From Candidatus Iainarchaeum sp. (GTDB lineage: Archaea > Iainarchaeota > Iainarchaeia > Iainarchaeales > JAZDDZ01): 64,000 bases of DNA. The notes under the pieces are model-generated. The model worked only from the letters and a program-made list of their open reading frames with translations. It searched no databases and was not told the DNA's origin. A program made the translations under genes and the position numbers. Position 1 is the first letter of the stretch, and each line of letters begins with the position of its first letter. Below are positions 28,091-37,439 of the stretch, piece after piece. Where the stretch lies: assembly GCA_043809245.1 (NCBI GenBank), contig JAZDDZ010000008.1, positions 21,278-85,277 of the forward strand. The letters are read 5' to 3'.

Positions 28091-28411
28091 TCATCCAAGC
28101 TTTACCGCGGTACCGTAAGCGACAACCTCCGCTGCGTTCTGCATTATTTCCGAGGTCATCAGCCTTACATTTATGACTGCGTCAGCGCCAAGCGCTTCAG
28201 CGTCTTTTGTCATTCTCTGCATTGCCTCTTCCCTTGCCTCGTTCATTGTCGCAAGATACGCGGTTATTTCGCCTCCGAACATTCGCTCTATTCCCGCGAC
28301 AAAGTGGCCGCCGACTCCCCTGCTTCTAATGGCGTTTCCTTTTGCGATGCCCAGAACCTGGGAAATTTTTTTGTTCGGAACGAAATCAGTTGTTGTTAAA
28401 ATCAAATTCAT
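28091..28411 (-). CDS. YbjQ/UPF0145 family protein
   Basis: GGEI..Y...MNEAREEA..RM...A..LGADAVINVR...YGTAV. Confidence 0.92.
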   Translation of the reverse strand: MNLILTTTDFVPNKKISQVLGIAKGNAIRSRGVGGHFVAGIERMFGGEITAYLATMNEAREEAMQRMTKDAEALGADAVINVRLMTSEIMQNAAEVVAYGTAVKLG

Positions 28412-28478
28412 CTACCCAAAAAAATATAGCACGTTAGGTTTAAAAAACAGAAAAGCCTTCTTTTATAGGAGTGAAAAA

Positions 28479-28946
28479 ATGAGCATCTATGACAAGAAGG
28501 CGTTTGGATATGATTTTTCCTACAAGAGCCTGAAGGGGCCTTTGACAATTCTTGCAGCGATTATTGCAGTAGCGGTTATTGTCATGCTGTTGTTCACGGC
28601 TGCTTCCATATTTCAGCCAAAAGCATTGGAGATTTCATTTGAAAAAAACCCGTTAAAGCTCGGCGAACAATCGCTGTTGTACGCAAAGGTGTTCAATTCA
28701 ACGGGAAAAAGCGCTTCAGGCGTTTTGGTTGAAGTGAATGCAACGGATGAAAAGGCACTGCTTATAAGCGCGGTTGAGCCGAATGACGGAAAAATCTCAG
28801 TGATAGGGGAAAACGAGTCAAGGCAACTGGTTTTTTTGGTGAATCCTACAGGCAGCGCGCTGGAAGGAAAGTACACTGTTACAGCGAAGGCAACGATTAA
28901 CGGGCAGGAAGCAACTGCGCAGGCAGTGCTCGAACTGGAGAAATGA
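28479..28946 (+). CDS. Hypothetical membrane-anchored Ig-like protein
   Basis: GGAGTG RBS, TM helix, then beta-sandwich pattern (EGKYTVTA). Confidence 0.7.
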   Translation: MSIYDKKAFGYDFSYKSLKGPLTILAAIIAVAVIVMLLFTAASIFQPKALEISFEKNPLKLGEQSLLYAKVFNSTGKSASGVLVEVNATDEKALLISAVEPNDGKISVIGENESRQLVFLVNPTGSALEGKYTVTAKATINGQEATAQAVLELEK

Positions 28947-28947
28947 T

Positions 28948-29526
28948 ATGTTTACTGCAGGCAATGCTGCTATAAAAAAAAGGGTTATTGTACCCTCTGC
29001 TGAAAGAAAAAAAATGCTAAGCTTATTGAGGCGCAAACTTCGCAACCCAAGCTTCTTTGAGGAGCTATTCCCATTAGGCTTAGACATTGGTTTTGTAAAA
29101 AGCCCGGTAGTTAAAGGTTTTTCGTTTAATAGAATGCCCCTTGCGATAAAGTATACTGGGGGACAAGCAACCCAAGGTCAAAAATACAGACAATTTAGGA
29201 ATATTTTTAAGACCTATCACAAGGCATTGGGGGCTGGACTGATAAAAGCCGAACTGCATATTCTAAGATCGCCTCAGGTATACGGAAGAATAGGAAATTA
29301 TCTGATTATGGAAAAAATAAATGAGCTTTTGCCAGCCAATAAAAAAGAAGAGTTAACTCAAAATAATGCATACTTAGAACTTGTAAATAATTTCAGAAAA
29401 CTTAAGGAAAAAGGGTTAATAAGAGGCGAAATACAGTTAAATGATTATATGCTTGCGGGCAACACAAATCCTGAAAATCCAGCAAAAGGAAAATGGATAA
29501 TATTTCACCCATACGACATTCTTTAA
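28948..29526 (+). CDS. Hypothetical protein with degenerate kinase-like motifs
   Basis: LAIKY, PQVYGRIGNYLIMEKI, GLIRGEIQ.NDYML; AT-rich. Confidence 0.55.
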   Translation: MFTAGNAAIKKRVIVPSAERKKMLSLLRRKLRNPSFFEELFPLGLDIGFVKSPVVKGFSFNRMPLAIKYTGGQATQGQKYRQFRNIFKTYHKALGAGLIKAELHILRSPQVYGRIGNYLIMEKINELLPANKKEELTQNNAYLELVNNFRKLKEKGLIRGEIQLNDYMLAGNTNPENPAKGKWIIFHPYDIL

Positions 29527-29543
29527 CCACAAAAAATTCTTTT

Positions 29544-30035
29544 TTACACCAGTGTCCCGCCGAACGCAGCTCCGACAAAGTCTCCAATGAAGTGAGTGGC
29601 GATTATCACCGCGAAAGCAATGACAAGGTGCTCGGCTGCGGCGCCCCAGGGGTTTTCTTTCCGCTGCCTTGCCATCAGAAAGCTGAACAAACCCAAAAGC
29701 GAGAGGCCCCATAAAACGCTTACAATTATTGCGGTGTTGAGGTCCTTGAAAAAAAGAATCGGCACCGCAAAGGTAAGAGCCACAATGAATTTGGAGAGAA
29801 ACGTGTAAATCGTTGAAAGCCAGACCTCTTTCGCGGTGTGCTGGTTTTCTGATTCCTGCGAAACATGGATTCCAAGAGCATCGGAAAAAGCGTCCGCGAC
29901 AGCTATTACAAGGATTCCGCCTAGAACAGCGCCCTCGGAATGCGTGCCGGAATGCAGGCCAACAATAAGCCCCAAAGTCGTGATTATGCCTGAAGTCAGG
30001 CCGAAGCTGAAGCCGGTTTTAAGCGAATGGTCCAT
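29544..30035 (-). CDS. VIT1/CCC1-like membrane protein
   Basis: FGLTSGIITTLGL, AVADAFSDALGIH.SQESE. Confidence 0.8.
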   Translation of the reverse strand: MDHSLKTGFSFGLTSGIITTLGLIVGLHSGTHSEGAVLGGILVIAVADAFSDALGIHVSQESENQHTAKEVWLSTIYTFLSKFIVALTFAVPILFFKDLNTAIIVSVLWGLSLLGLFSFLMARQRKENPWGAAAEHLVIAFAVIIATHFIGDFVGAAFGGTLV

Positions 30036-30127
30036 AGCAAAAAGAGTAATGGCTAAGATTTAAAGGCGTTTTGGGAAGGGGAAAATGGAGGGAAAGCTTT
30101 AAATTCTTAACATATGTTTATTTTCTT

Positions 30128-30505
30128 ATGGCCCTGCGCTTTCCCTGTGAAATGATTGGATGGTATGTACTTCCTGCCGTGAGAAGCGAGCTTGTGGGCT
30201 ATCTTGTTGAGAAAAAAAAGCTGAGCAGGAAGGATGTGGCGAAAAGGATCGGATTGACTGAGGCAGCGGTATGCCAGTACCTCGGAAAGAAAAGGGGAAA
30301 GAGATTCAAGTTTTCCAAAAAAGAGCTTGGATTGATTAAAGAGCTTGGGGAAAGCATTGCGGAAGCGGAAAAAAGGCCTGAACTCACATTCCTTTCAGGC
30401 ACTTGCGCCTTGTGCAAGGAAGTCAGAAAAGAAAAGGCGCTCTGCAGGATCCATAAAATAGAGGACACTGGGCTTTCCGGATGCAACATTTGCTTTGATG
30501 CTTAA
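30128..30505 (+). CDS. Cys-rich HTH transcriptional regulator (COG2522-like)
   Basis: PCE....VLPAVR, HTH GLTEAAVCQY..KKRG, C-terminal CxxC, LC.IH, CxxC. Confidence 0.82.
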   Translation: MALRFPCEMIGWYVLPAVRSELVGYLVEKKKLSRKDVAKRIGLTEAAVCQYLGKKRGKRFKFSKKELGLIKELGESIAEAEKRPELTFLSGTCALCKEVRKEKALCRIHKIEDTGLSGCNICFDA

Positions 30506-30515
30506 AGGTGGAAAA

Positions 30516-31745
30516 ATGAAAAAGATTTACATGGACCACGGTGCGACAACGCCATTGGATGAGCGTGTGCTTAAGGAAATGAAGCCATATTTTTCGGATA
30601 AATTCGGAAATGCCTCTTCACTGCATTCATTCGGAAGGGAGGCAGCCGCGGCATTGGAGAAAAGCAGGCAAACAATTGCAAAGGCATTGAACGCTGAGAC
30701 GAATGAAATTATTTTCACCAGCGGGGGCACTGAAAGCGACAACATCGCGTTGAAGGGAGCTGCTTACGCGAACAAAAGCAAAGGCAACCACATCATAACT
30801 AGCGCGATAGAACATCATGCTGTTATTTACACATGCCAGCAGCTTGAAAAAGAAGGTTTTGAGGTAACATATCTTCCTGTTTCAAGGGACGGGCTGGTTG
30901 ATGTTAGGGATTTGGAAAAGGCAATCACTGATAAGACGATTCTTGTTTCCATAATGCACGCAAACAACGAAATCGGCACAATCCAGCCTGTGAAAGAAAT
31001 CGGAGTTTTGTGCAGGGAAAAGGGGGTTTTATTTCACACTGATGCAGTGCAGAGCTTTGGCAAGGTTCCAATTGACGTGAAAAAAATGAACATTGGCCTT
31101 CTCTCGGTTTCCGCGCACAAAATTTACGGGCCTAAAGGAGTGGGCGCGCTTTACCGAAGAAATGGCACGAATGTGAAAGCGCTTTTTCAGGGCGGAAGCC
31201 ACGAGTTTCGCTTGAGGCCTGGAACTGAAAACGTTGCGGGAATTGTTGGATTGGCTAAGGCATCCGAGCTGGCGCAAAAGGAAATGAAAAAAGAAGGGGA
31301 AAGGCTTTCAAAGATGAGGGACAAATTGATTGCGGGAGTTCTTGAATCAGTTGGGTCCTCGCATTTGAACGGCCATGCAAAGAAAAGGCTGCCGAACAAC
31401 GCAAATTTTTCATTTGACTTCATTGAAGGTGAAAGCCTTTTGATGTTATTGGATGGAAAAGGAGTCGCGGCTTCAACCGGAAGCGCTTGCAGTTCAAAGC
31501 AATTGAAGCCATCGCATGTTTTGACCTCAATCGGCTTGAGCCATGTTCAGGCGCACGGCTCCTTGAGGCTGACTTTGGGAAAAAGCAATTCAATGAAAGA
31601 CGTTGATTATGTGTTAAAGGTTTTGCCGCCTATTGTGAAAAAGCTCAGGAGTTACAGCCCGCTGCAGAAAGGGAATGTTGTTGAGTTTGAGAAAATGGAG
31701 GCGGAAGAAGGCCATGGCCATGAACACGAGCATTTGGAGGAGTGA
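30516..31745 (+). CDS. iscS: Cysteine desulfurase (IscS/NifS)
   Basis: YMDHGATTP, FTSGGTESDN, SAHKIYGPKG, TGSACSS; His-rich C-terminal tail. Confidence 0.96.
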   Translation: MKKIYMDHGATTPLDERVLKEMKPYFSDKFGNASSLHSFGREAAAALEKSRQTIAKALNAETNEIIFTSGGTESDNIALKGAAYANKSKGNHIITSAIEHHAVIYTCQQLEKEGFEVTYLPVSRDGLVDVRDLEKAITDKTILVSIMHANNEIGTIQPVKEIGVLCREKGVLFHTDAVQSFGKVPIDVKKMNIGLLSVSAHKIYGPKGVGALYRRNGTNVKALFQGGSHEFRLRPGTENVAGIVGLAKASELAQKEMKKEGERLSKMRDKLIAGVLESVGSSHLNGHAKKRLPNNANFSFDFIEGESLLMLLDGKGVAASTGSACSSKQLKPSHVLTSIGLSHVQAHGSLRLTLGKSNSMKDVDYVLKVLPPIVKKLRSYSPLQKGNVVEFEKMEAEEGHGHEHEHLEE

Positions 31746-31748
31746 ATT

Positions 31749-33278
31749 ATGTACCCGAAACAGGTAATGGATGAATTCAGGCACCCAAAAAATCTTGGGG
31801 AAATAAAGAACGCAGATGCAATCGGAAAAGTGGGAAACCCGACCTGTCTTTTGCCTGATACAATTGTGCACGCCAACGATCATTTTGAAAGGATAGATTC
31901 GTTGAAAGAATCAGACCGCGTATTAGGGCACAATGGGCTTTACAACCAGGTGGAGGAAAAGTTTGCAAGGGCATATTCAGGCGAGCTTATTAAAGTCAAA
32001 AATAAGCTGGGCTGCACTTTTTTAACACCAGAGCATGAAGTATTCGCAGTAAGTGTGCCAAAAAGATGGAAGTTCACTTTCACGAAAAATAAGAAAGCGC
32101 TTTCGCCCCAATGGCTGCACGCGTATGAACTAAAGAAAGGTGATATGGCTGTTTTGCCGGTGCTTAAAGAAGTTGAAGATAAACAATTTATGGAAGTAAA
32201 GCAGGAAAGAAAAAGATTTGATTACAGAAGTAAAAAAATTCCTGAAAAAATTACGGTTTCCGAAGAATTCCTTAGGCTTTCAGGATATTACCTGGCGGAG
32301 GGCTCTTTGAAAGAGAAAATCACGAAAACATATGTTTGCTTCACTTTTAACTCAAATGAAGAAGAACTTGTTAAAGATGTTGTGGATATAACCGCAAAAA
32401 TATTCGGGTTAGAAGCAAAAGTTCATACAATTCCGCAGAGAAAAACTACTCGCGTGACAATCAATAATATCTGGGTTACAAGGCTATTCAAATCGCTGTT
32501 TGGAAAAGGGGCTGCTGAAAAAAAGCTTCCGCACTGGATGATCCTTCTGCCCCTAGCAAAACAGAAAAGCATTATTTTAGGTTTGTGGAGAGGCGATGGA
32601 TTCTTTAACCAGAAAAAGCCAAGGGCAGGATATTCAACGGTCTCACATCAGCTTGCTCTGCAGATAAAGACCCTTTTGCTGCGCCAAGAAATAGTGCCCT
32701 CAATTTACACAGAAAAAGAAAAAATCTCAAAAGACGGAGTAAAGCACAGGAAGGCATACCGAATACATGTAGGCGATAGAAAATCTGTCGAGAATCTGGC
32801 AAAAATTCTTGATTTAGAACTGAAAACTATAAAACCAGTTTTAATCGATTCATGGTTTAGCAAGGGCATGCTTTTTATTCCAATAAGCGGAATAGAAAGA
32901 ATAAATTACGAAGGCAAAGTGCATAACCTCAAAGTCGAAAATGCCATGTCTTATGTAACTGAATCCCTTACTGTGCACAACTGCGGCGACTTGCTCTGGG
33001 TTTACCTGAAAATAGGGAAAAACAAAAAAGGAAAAGAAATAATCAAGGACATTAAGGTTAAAACATTCGGTTGCGTTGTTGCAATCGCAAATTCAAGCCT
33101 TTTGACTAAAATGGTTAAGGGAAAAACAATTGAATTCGCGGAAAAGCTCACAAAACAGGATTTGCTGAAAAAGCTCGGAAAAGTGCCTGCAATAAAGGTG
33201 CATTGTTCAGTGCTTGCGGTTGACGGATTGCAGAACGCGTTAAAGGATTACAGGGAAAAAAAGGGGAAAGGAAAATGA
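31749..33278 (+). CDS. iscU: Fe-S scaffold IscU/NifU-N interrupted by an intein
   Basis: MDEF.HPKN.G...GNPT|CGD, FGCVVAIA, KVHCS.LA; spliced length about 130 aa. Confidence 0.93.
   Translation: MYPKQVMDEFRHPKNLGEIKNADAIGKVGNPTCLLPDTIVHANDHFERIDSLKESDRVLGHNGLYNQVEEKFARAYSGELIKVKNKLGCTFLTPEHEVFAVSVPKRWKFTFTKNKKALSPQWLHAYELKKGDMAVLPVLKEVEDKQFMEVKQERKRFDYRSKKIPEKITVSEEFLRLSGYYLAEGSLKEKITKTYVCFTFNSNEEELVKDVVDITAKIFGLEAKVHTIPQRKTTRVTINNIWVTRLFKSLFGKGAAEKKLPHWMILLPLAKQKSIILGLWRGDGFFNQKKPRAGYSTVSHQLALQIKTLLLRQEIVPSIYTEKEKISKDGVKHRKAYRIHVGDRKSVENLAKILDLELKTIKPVLIDSWFSKGMLFIPISGIERINYEGKVHNLKVENAMSYVTESLTVHNCGDLLWVYLKIGKNKKGKEIIKDIKVKTFGCVVAIANSSLLTKMVKGKTIEFAEKLTKQDLLKKLGKVPAIKVHCSVLAVDGLQNALKDYREKKGKGK
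31845..32981 (+). mobile_element. LAGLIDADG homing-endonuclease intein (379 aa) in IscU
   Basis: Starts CLLPDT; block B LTPEHE; GYYLAEG and GLWRGDG; ends VHNLKVENAMSYVTESLTVHN followed by +1 Cys. Confidence 0.95.
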
Positions 33279-34171
33279 AAATCGCGGAAGACGTAATAGG
33301 CCTCATTGGGAACACTCAGATGGTCCGCATCAACGGGCTTAACCCGAACAAAAATGTTTCCATTTATGCAAAGCTTGAGGGAAACAATCCCGGCGGAAGC
33401 ATCAAGGACAGGATTGCGCTTAAGATGCTTGAACAGGCGGAAGCAGAGGGAAAACTAAAGAAAGGCAAGACAATCATTGAGCCGACCTCTGGCAACACGG
33501 GCATCGGGCTCGCGATGATAGGCGCAATAAAAGGCTATCCCGTTGAAATAGTGATGAGCGAAGCGGTTTCCATTGAAAGGAGGAAAATGATTCAGGCATT
33601 TGGGGGAAAAATTTTGCTGACTGACGCAAAGCTTGGCACTGATGGCGCGATAATGAAGGCAAGGGAGCTGGTGAGAAAGAATCCTGAAAAATACTTTATG
33701 CCGGACCAGTTTTCCAATGAATACAACAAGATAGCCCACTATAAAACGACTGCGGATGAGATCTGGAGGCAGATGGAGGGAAAAATTGATTACTTTGTTT
33801 CCGCGATAGGCACTTCAGGCACGATAATGGGGGTTGGAAAATATTTGAAGGAAAGAAACCCTGACATCAAAATTGTTTGCGCCGAGCCAACCAAAGGGCA
33901 TTACATTCAGGGGCTCAAAAACATGCAGGAAGCAATTGTCCCCACTATTTATGACGCTTCAAAGATTGATGAAACAATTATGGTGGAAACCGAGACCGCG
34001 TTTGAAACCGCGAGAAAAGTCATAAAAGAAGAGGGGCTTTTTGTCGGCATGAGCTCTGGCGCTGCAATGTACGCTTCAATGGAAATCGCCAAAAAAATAA
34101 GGAAGGGAACAATTGTCACAATTTTTGCGGACAGGGGAGAAAAGTACCTTACAACGAACTTGTTCAAGTAA
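33275..34171 (+). CDS. Cysteine synthase (CysK/CysM family)
   Basis: KLEGNNPGGSIKDR, EPTSGNTG, GTSGT, GMSSGA, DRGEKY. Confidence 0.93.
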   Translation: MKIAEDVIGLIGNTQMVRINGLNPNKNVSIYAKLEGNNPGGSIKDRIALKMLEQAEAEGKLKKGKTIIEPTSGNTGIGLAMIGAIKGYPVEIVMSEAVSIERRKMIQAFGGKILLTDAKLGTDGAIMKARELVRKNPEKYFMPDQFSNEYNKIAHYKTTADEIWRQMEGKIDYFVSAIGTSGTIMGVGKYLKERNPDIKIVCAEPTKGHYIQGLKNMQEAIVPTIYDASKIDETIMVETETAFETARKVIKEEGLFVGMSSGAAMYASMEIAKKIRKGTIVTIFADRGEKYLTTNLFK

Positions 34172-34217
34172 AAATAGTTTGGAAAAAGCTTTTATTGTAG
34201 ATTGCGCCAAATAAGTT

Positions 34218-34868
34218 ATGGGCGAAAGGATTTTATGGGAAGACCGATATCCCCTAGCAAACCTAGTTTATTTGATAGCCGCGCTAGTTGTTTTAGCTTT
34301 AGTGTCAGCAGCACTAATAAGTACTGCAATTTTCAGATACAATGACGTGTCAACCGGCAAAACATTTTATTATCAAGGAAGAACCATAACAATAGCGCCC
34401 GAAATTGAAGATTTGCAGCCGTCAACCGCTTTGGTATTTTTTGTTTTATTGGCAGTTATAATAATTTGCTTGGGTTGTTTTGTTTATACAGCCATGTTCT
34501 TGGGCCACATCCTGCTTTTTTTTGAAGAATTTAAAATTCGCGTTGCGGAAAATTCGCTGATTCTCGGCTCATCACTCTTTTTCCCGAAAAAAATAATCGT
34601 TCCATTTAAAGGCATTAAAGAAATAGAATTTACTTCACTTGGCAAATTAAATAAAACAATAGCCGACTTGGCAGCAGTGGAAAAATTTTTTGCACCTATA
34701 ACCAAGTTAATAGGAACCTATACAGGCGGTAACGAATCAATTAGCCAGCTTCGGTTTCTGCAAATTACCACCCAAGAAAAAACCATAATGCGGGGGATAC
34801 TTGACTCCAAAAGTTTTATAAGAAAAATTCCCGAAATAGAAAACATTAAAATAAAAATAAGTGATTGA
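34218..34868 (+). CDS. Hypothetical membrane protein, possible PH-like C-terminal domain
   Basis: Two TM segments, IVPFKGIKEI pattern. Confidence 0.6.
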   Translation: MGERILWEDRYPLANLVYLIAALVVLALVSAALISTAIFRYNDVSTGKTFYYQGRTITIAPEIEDLQPSTALVFFVLLAVIIICLGCFVYTAMFLGHILLFFEEFKIRVAENSLILGSSLFFPKKIIVPFKGIKEIEFTSLGKLNKTIADLAAVEKFFAPITKLIGTYTGGNESISQLRFLQITTQEKTIMRGILDSKSFIRKIPEIENIKIKISD

Positions 34869-34877
34869 TTTTTAATG

Positions 34878-35903
34878 TTATTTCTGCGGCTTGATAATCA
34901 CTTTCAATGATTCTCCTGCACTAGCCGTGAGCTGAAAGCCTTTAGCCGTTTCCGCAAGAGGCAGCCTGTGTGAAACCATTTCCTTGACATTCACTTTTTT
35001 TTCCGCAATCAAGGAAAGCGCTTCAGTAAGGTCCTCGTTTACAGCGGCGTAAGAGGAAACAAGGTTCACGCCCCTGCACCAAAAATCATTCAATGGCACT
35101 TCAATTTTTGCATCGGGAGCGGGAGGCGCGAAAACAAGGATTGTTCCGCCGCGTTCAACTGATTCAAATGCCTGCTTGAACGCGGAAGTTGCGCCTGCGC
35201 AGACAATTACAAGGTCGGCGAGTTTTCCAGAATTCGCTTCCTTCAATTTTTCTGGTGAAAATTCTTTTGCACTCCAAACTTTTTCTGCGCCGAATTTTTT
35301 CGCGGCATTCAGGCGATAATCATTTATGTCAGTGGCAAAAACTTTTTTTGCGCCATTTGCTTTAGCGAGCTGGATGTGCAGCAAGCCTGAAATTCCCGAA
35401 CCTAGCACAAGAACAGAATAGCCTTTCTGCATTCCCGCTAGCCTTTGGGCCCTTACAACGCAGCCAAGCGGTTCAATGAAAGTTGCTTCCTCGAATGAAA
35501 CAGTTGAGAGCAGCTTCAGCACGCCTGTTTCAAGGTTTGCTGCGGGAATCTTAAGGTATTCGGCAAAACCGCCAGGAAAAAAGTTTGTTGAGCGCAGGGT
35601 TTCACAGGAAGTGTGCCTTCCGGTTTTGCAGTTAAAGCAGCGGTTGCAGGGAACATGGTGGGTTGCAAAAACCCTGTCTCCTTTCTTGAATTGCGTTACG
35701 CCTTTTCCGGCTTCAACTATTTCTCCGGCAACTTCGTGCCCTAAAACCAATGGCGCCTTTTTTTTGCGGTACCATTCCATTACATCGGAACCACAGATGC
35801 CTGAAGCCATTACTTTCAGAAGCAGTTCGCCTTCGCCTGCTTTAGGCACAGGCATTTCCTTAAGGCGCAAATCACTGTTGCTGTAATAAATTGCGGCGCG
35901 CAT
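34878..35903 (-). CDS. Zinc-dependent medium-chain dehydrogenase
   Basis: GICGSD, LGHE.AG, CxxCxxC..C, EPLGC, GSGISG. Confidence 0.92.
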   Translation of the reverse strand: MRAAIYYSNSDLRLKEMPVPKAGEGELLLKVMASGICGSDVMEWYRKKKAPLVLGHEVAGEIVEAGKGVTQFKKGDRVFATHHVPCNRCFNCKTGRHTSCETLRSTNFFPGGFAEYLKIPAANLETGVLKLLSTVSFEEATFIEPLGCVVRAQRLAGMQKGYSVLVLGSGISGLLHIQLAKANGAKKVFATDINDYRLNAAKKFGAEKVWSAKEFSPEKLKEANSGKLADLVIVCAGATSAFKQAFESVERGGTILVFAPPAPDAKIEVPLNDFWCRGVNLVSSYAAVNEDLTEALSLIAEKKVNVKEMVSHRLPLAETAKGFQLTASAGESLKVIIKPQK

Positions 35904-35914
35904 AAATTCGCCTT

Positions 35915-36709
35915 TTATTTCTTGCCCGCGGAATTTTTTTTGTATACTTCAAGCGCTTCCTTGGGGTTCATGTTTTCGTGGACAACTGCGCGGATTGCCT
36001 TAATCATTGCGACTGGCTGTGGGTTCTGCCAGATATTCCTGCCAAAGTCAACCCCTGCGGCACCGGCCTGAATTGCATCGAAAGCCATTTGCAGTGCGTC
36101 AAGCTCTGTATCCATTTTTTTTCCGCCAGCAATTACTAGTGGAACAGGAGTTGCGTCAACAACTTTTTCAAAGCCCTCACAATAATAGGTTTTAACGAAA
36201 TGCGCGCCTAACTCTGCCGCGATTCTGCATGAAAGCGCCATGAACCTCGCGTCCTTTTGCCCTAATTCTTTTCCGACAGCAGTTACTGCCAGAACAGGCA
36301 TTCCAAAGCGCTCTCCTTCGTTAACCAATTCTGAGAGGCATTTGAGTGTCTGGTGCTCGAATTTTGCGCCGACATAAATTGAGAAAGCAACCGCTGAAGC
36401 GTTAAGCCTGAGCGCTTCCTCCATCGAGGTTGTTATTTCCTCGTTGGAGAGGTCTTCGCTTAAAACACTGTTTCCGCCTGAAACCCTTAGAACAATTGGT
36501 ACTTTCATATTAGAGTCAACGCATTTTCTCACTACGCCGCGCGTTGGCATTAAAGCATCAGCGTAGGGGAGAAGTGGTTCAATTGTTTTCCGCGGCTGCT
36601 CTAATTTGCTTGTGGGCCCCAAAAAATACCCGTGGTCAACCGCAAGCATTACTGTGTGCCCGTCTTTCTGGATTATGCGTGAAAGCCTGTTATTCAAACC
36701 CCAACTCAT
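35915..36709 (-). CDS. lsrF: LsrF-like DhnA-family aldolase/thiolase
   Basis: WGL.NRL.RI, LAVDHGYFLGPT..LE, LAVTAVGK, AELGAHFVKTYYC, IAGGKK, DFGRNIWQ. Confidence 0.88.
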   Translation of the reverse strand: MSWGLNNRLSRIIQKDGHTVMLAVDHGYFLGPTSKLEQPRKTIEPLLPYADALMPTRGVVRKCVDSNMKVPIVLRVSGGNSVLSEDLSNEEITTSMEEALRLNASAVAFSIYVGAKFEHQTLKCLSELVNEGERFGMPVLAVTAVGKELGQKDARFMALSCRIAAELGAHFVKTYYCEGFEKVVDATPVPLVIAGGKKMDTELDALQMAFDAIQAGAAGVDFGRNIWQNPQPVAMIKAIRAVVHENMNPKEALEVYKKNSAGKK

Positions 36710-36815
36710 TTAATTGCCTCCGAAAAATTGCCTATAAAAAAAGCTTTGAAGTAAAAGCAATAAAAAGCTAATGTGCGGCATAGTAGTTAGGGATAGATGC
36801 TGGCTGGGTGGCATT

Positions 36816-37439
36816 ATGATAAAAATCGTGTTTATTGACATGAGCAATACGCTGGTTAATGGCAGCGGCTCAAACTCTGGCGCTGATTTCTTGGGAAAAG
36901 GCGACACTTACAGGCGTATTTACCCTGAATTCAAATCAGGCAAAATAAGCATGGAAGAATGGCTTGCAAAAACTTTTGCATGCTGGAAGGGGCTTAAGGT
37001 TTCCGATCTTCCGAAAGTTTATGAAAAACTTGAATTAAACGAAGGCGCAAAAGAAACAATAACCTCGCTTAAAAAGAAAAAAATCAAAACAGTTCTTTTG
37101 ACCAATATACCGCGGCTTCTGGCTGAGCTGTTCCAGAAAAAATTAGGCTTTGATTTTATAACGGGAACTGTATTGGAAGTCAAGGAAGGTGCTTTCACAG
37201 GCAAAATTCTGGAATTCCACAATGACAAATCGCGCGAGGCAATGAAAATACTGGAACAAGAGAACATTCGCCCTGACGAGGCAGTATCTGTAGGCGACAG
37301 GAAGGACGACGCAGAAGTATTCAGAAAAGTTAAATTCGGCATAGCCTACAACGGAGATGAGGCTGCAAGGAAGAATGCGAAATATAATATAAGCAATTTC
37401 GGGGAAATACTCAAAATCATTGAAAAAGAATCAAATTAG
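36816..37439 (+). CDS. HAD-IB phosphatase, SerB-like
   Basis: FIDMSNTL (motif I variant), FTGK, VGDRKDD. Confidence 0.75.
   Translation: MIKIVFIDMSNTLVNGSGSNSGADFLGKGDTYRRIYPEFKSGKISMEEWLAKTFACWKGLKVSDLPKVYEKLELNEGAKETITSLKKKKIKTVLLTNIPRLLAELFQKKLGFDFITGTVLEVKEGAFTGKILEFHNDKSREAMKILEQENIRPDEAVSVGDRKDDAEVFRKVKFGIAYNGDEAARKNAKYNISNFGEILKIIEKESN

Noticed and set aside
28173-28478. N-terminal extension of the 257-aa ORF
   Set aside because: Overlaps ybjQ antisense; an RBS supports the start at 28479.
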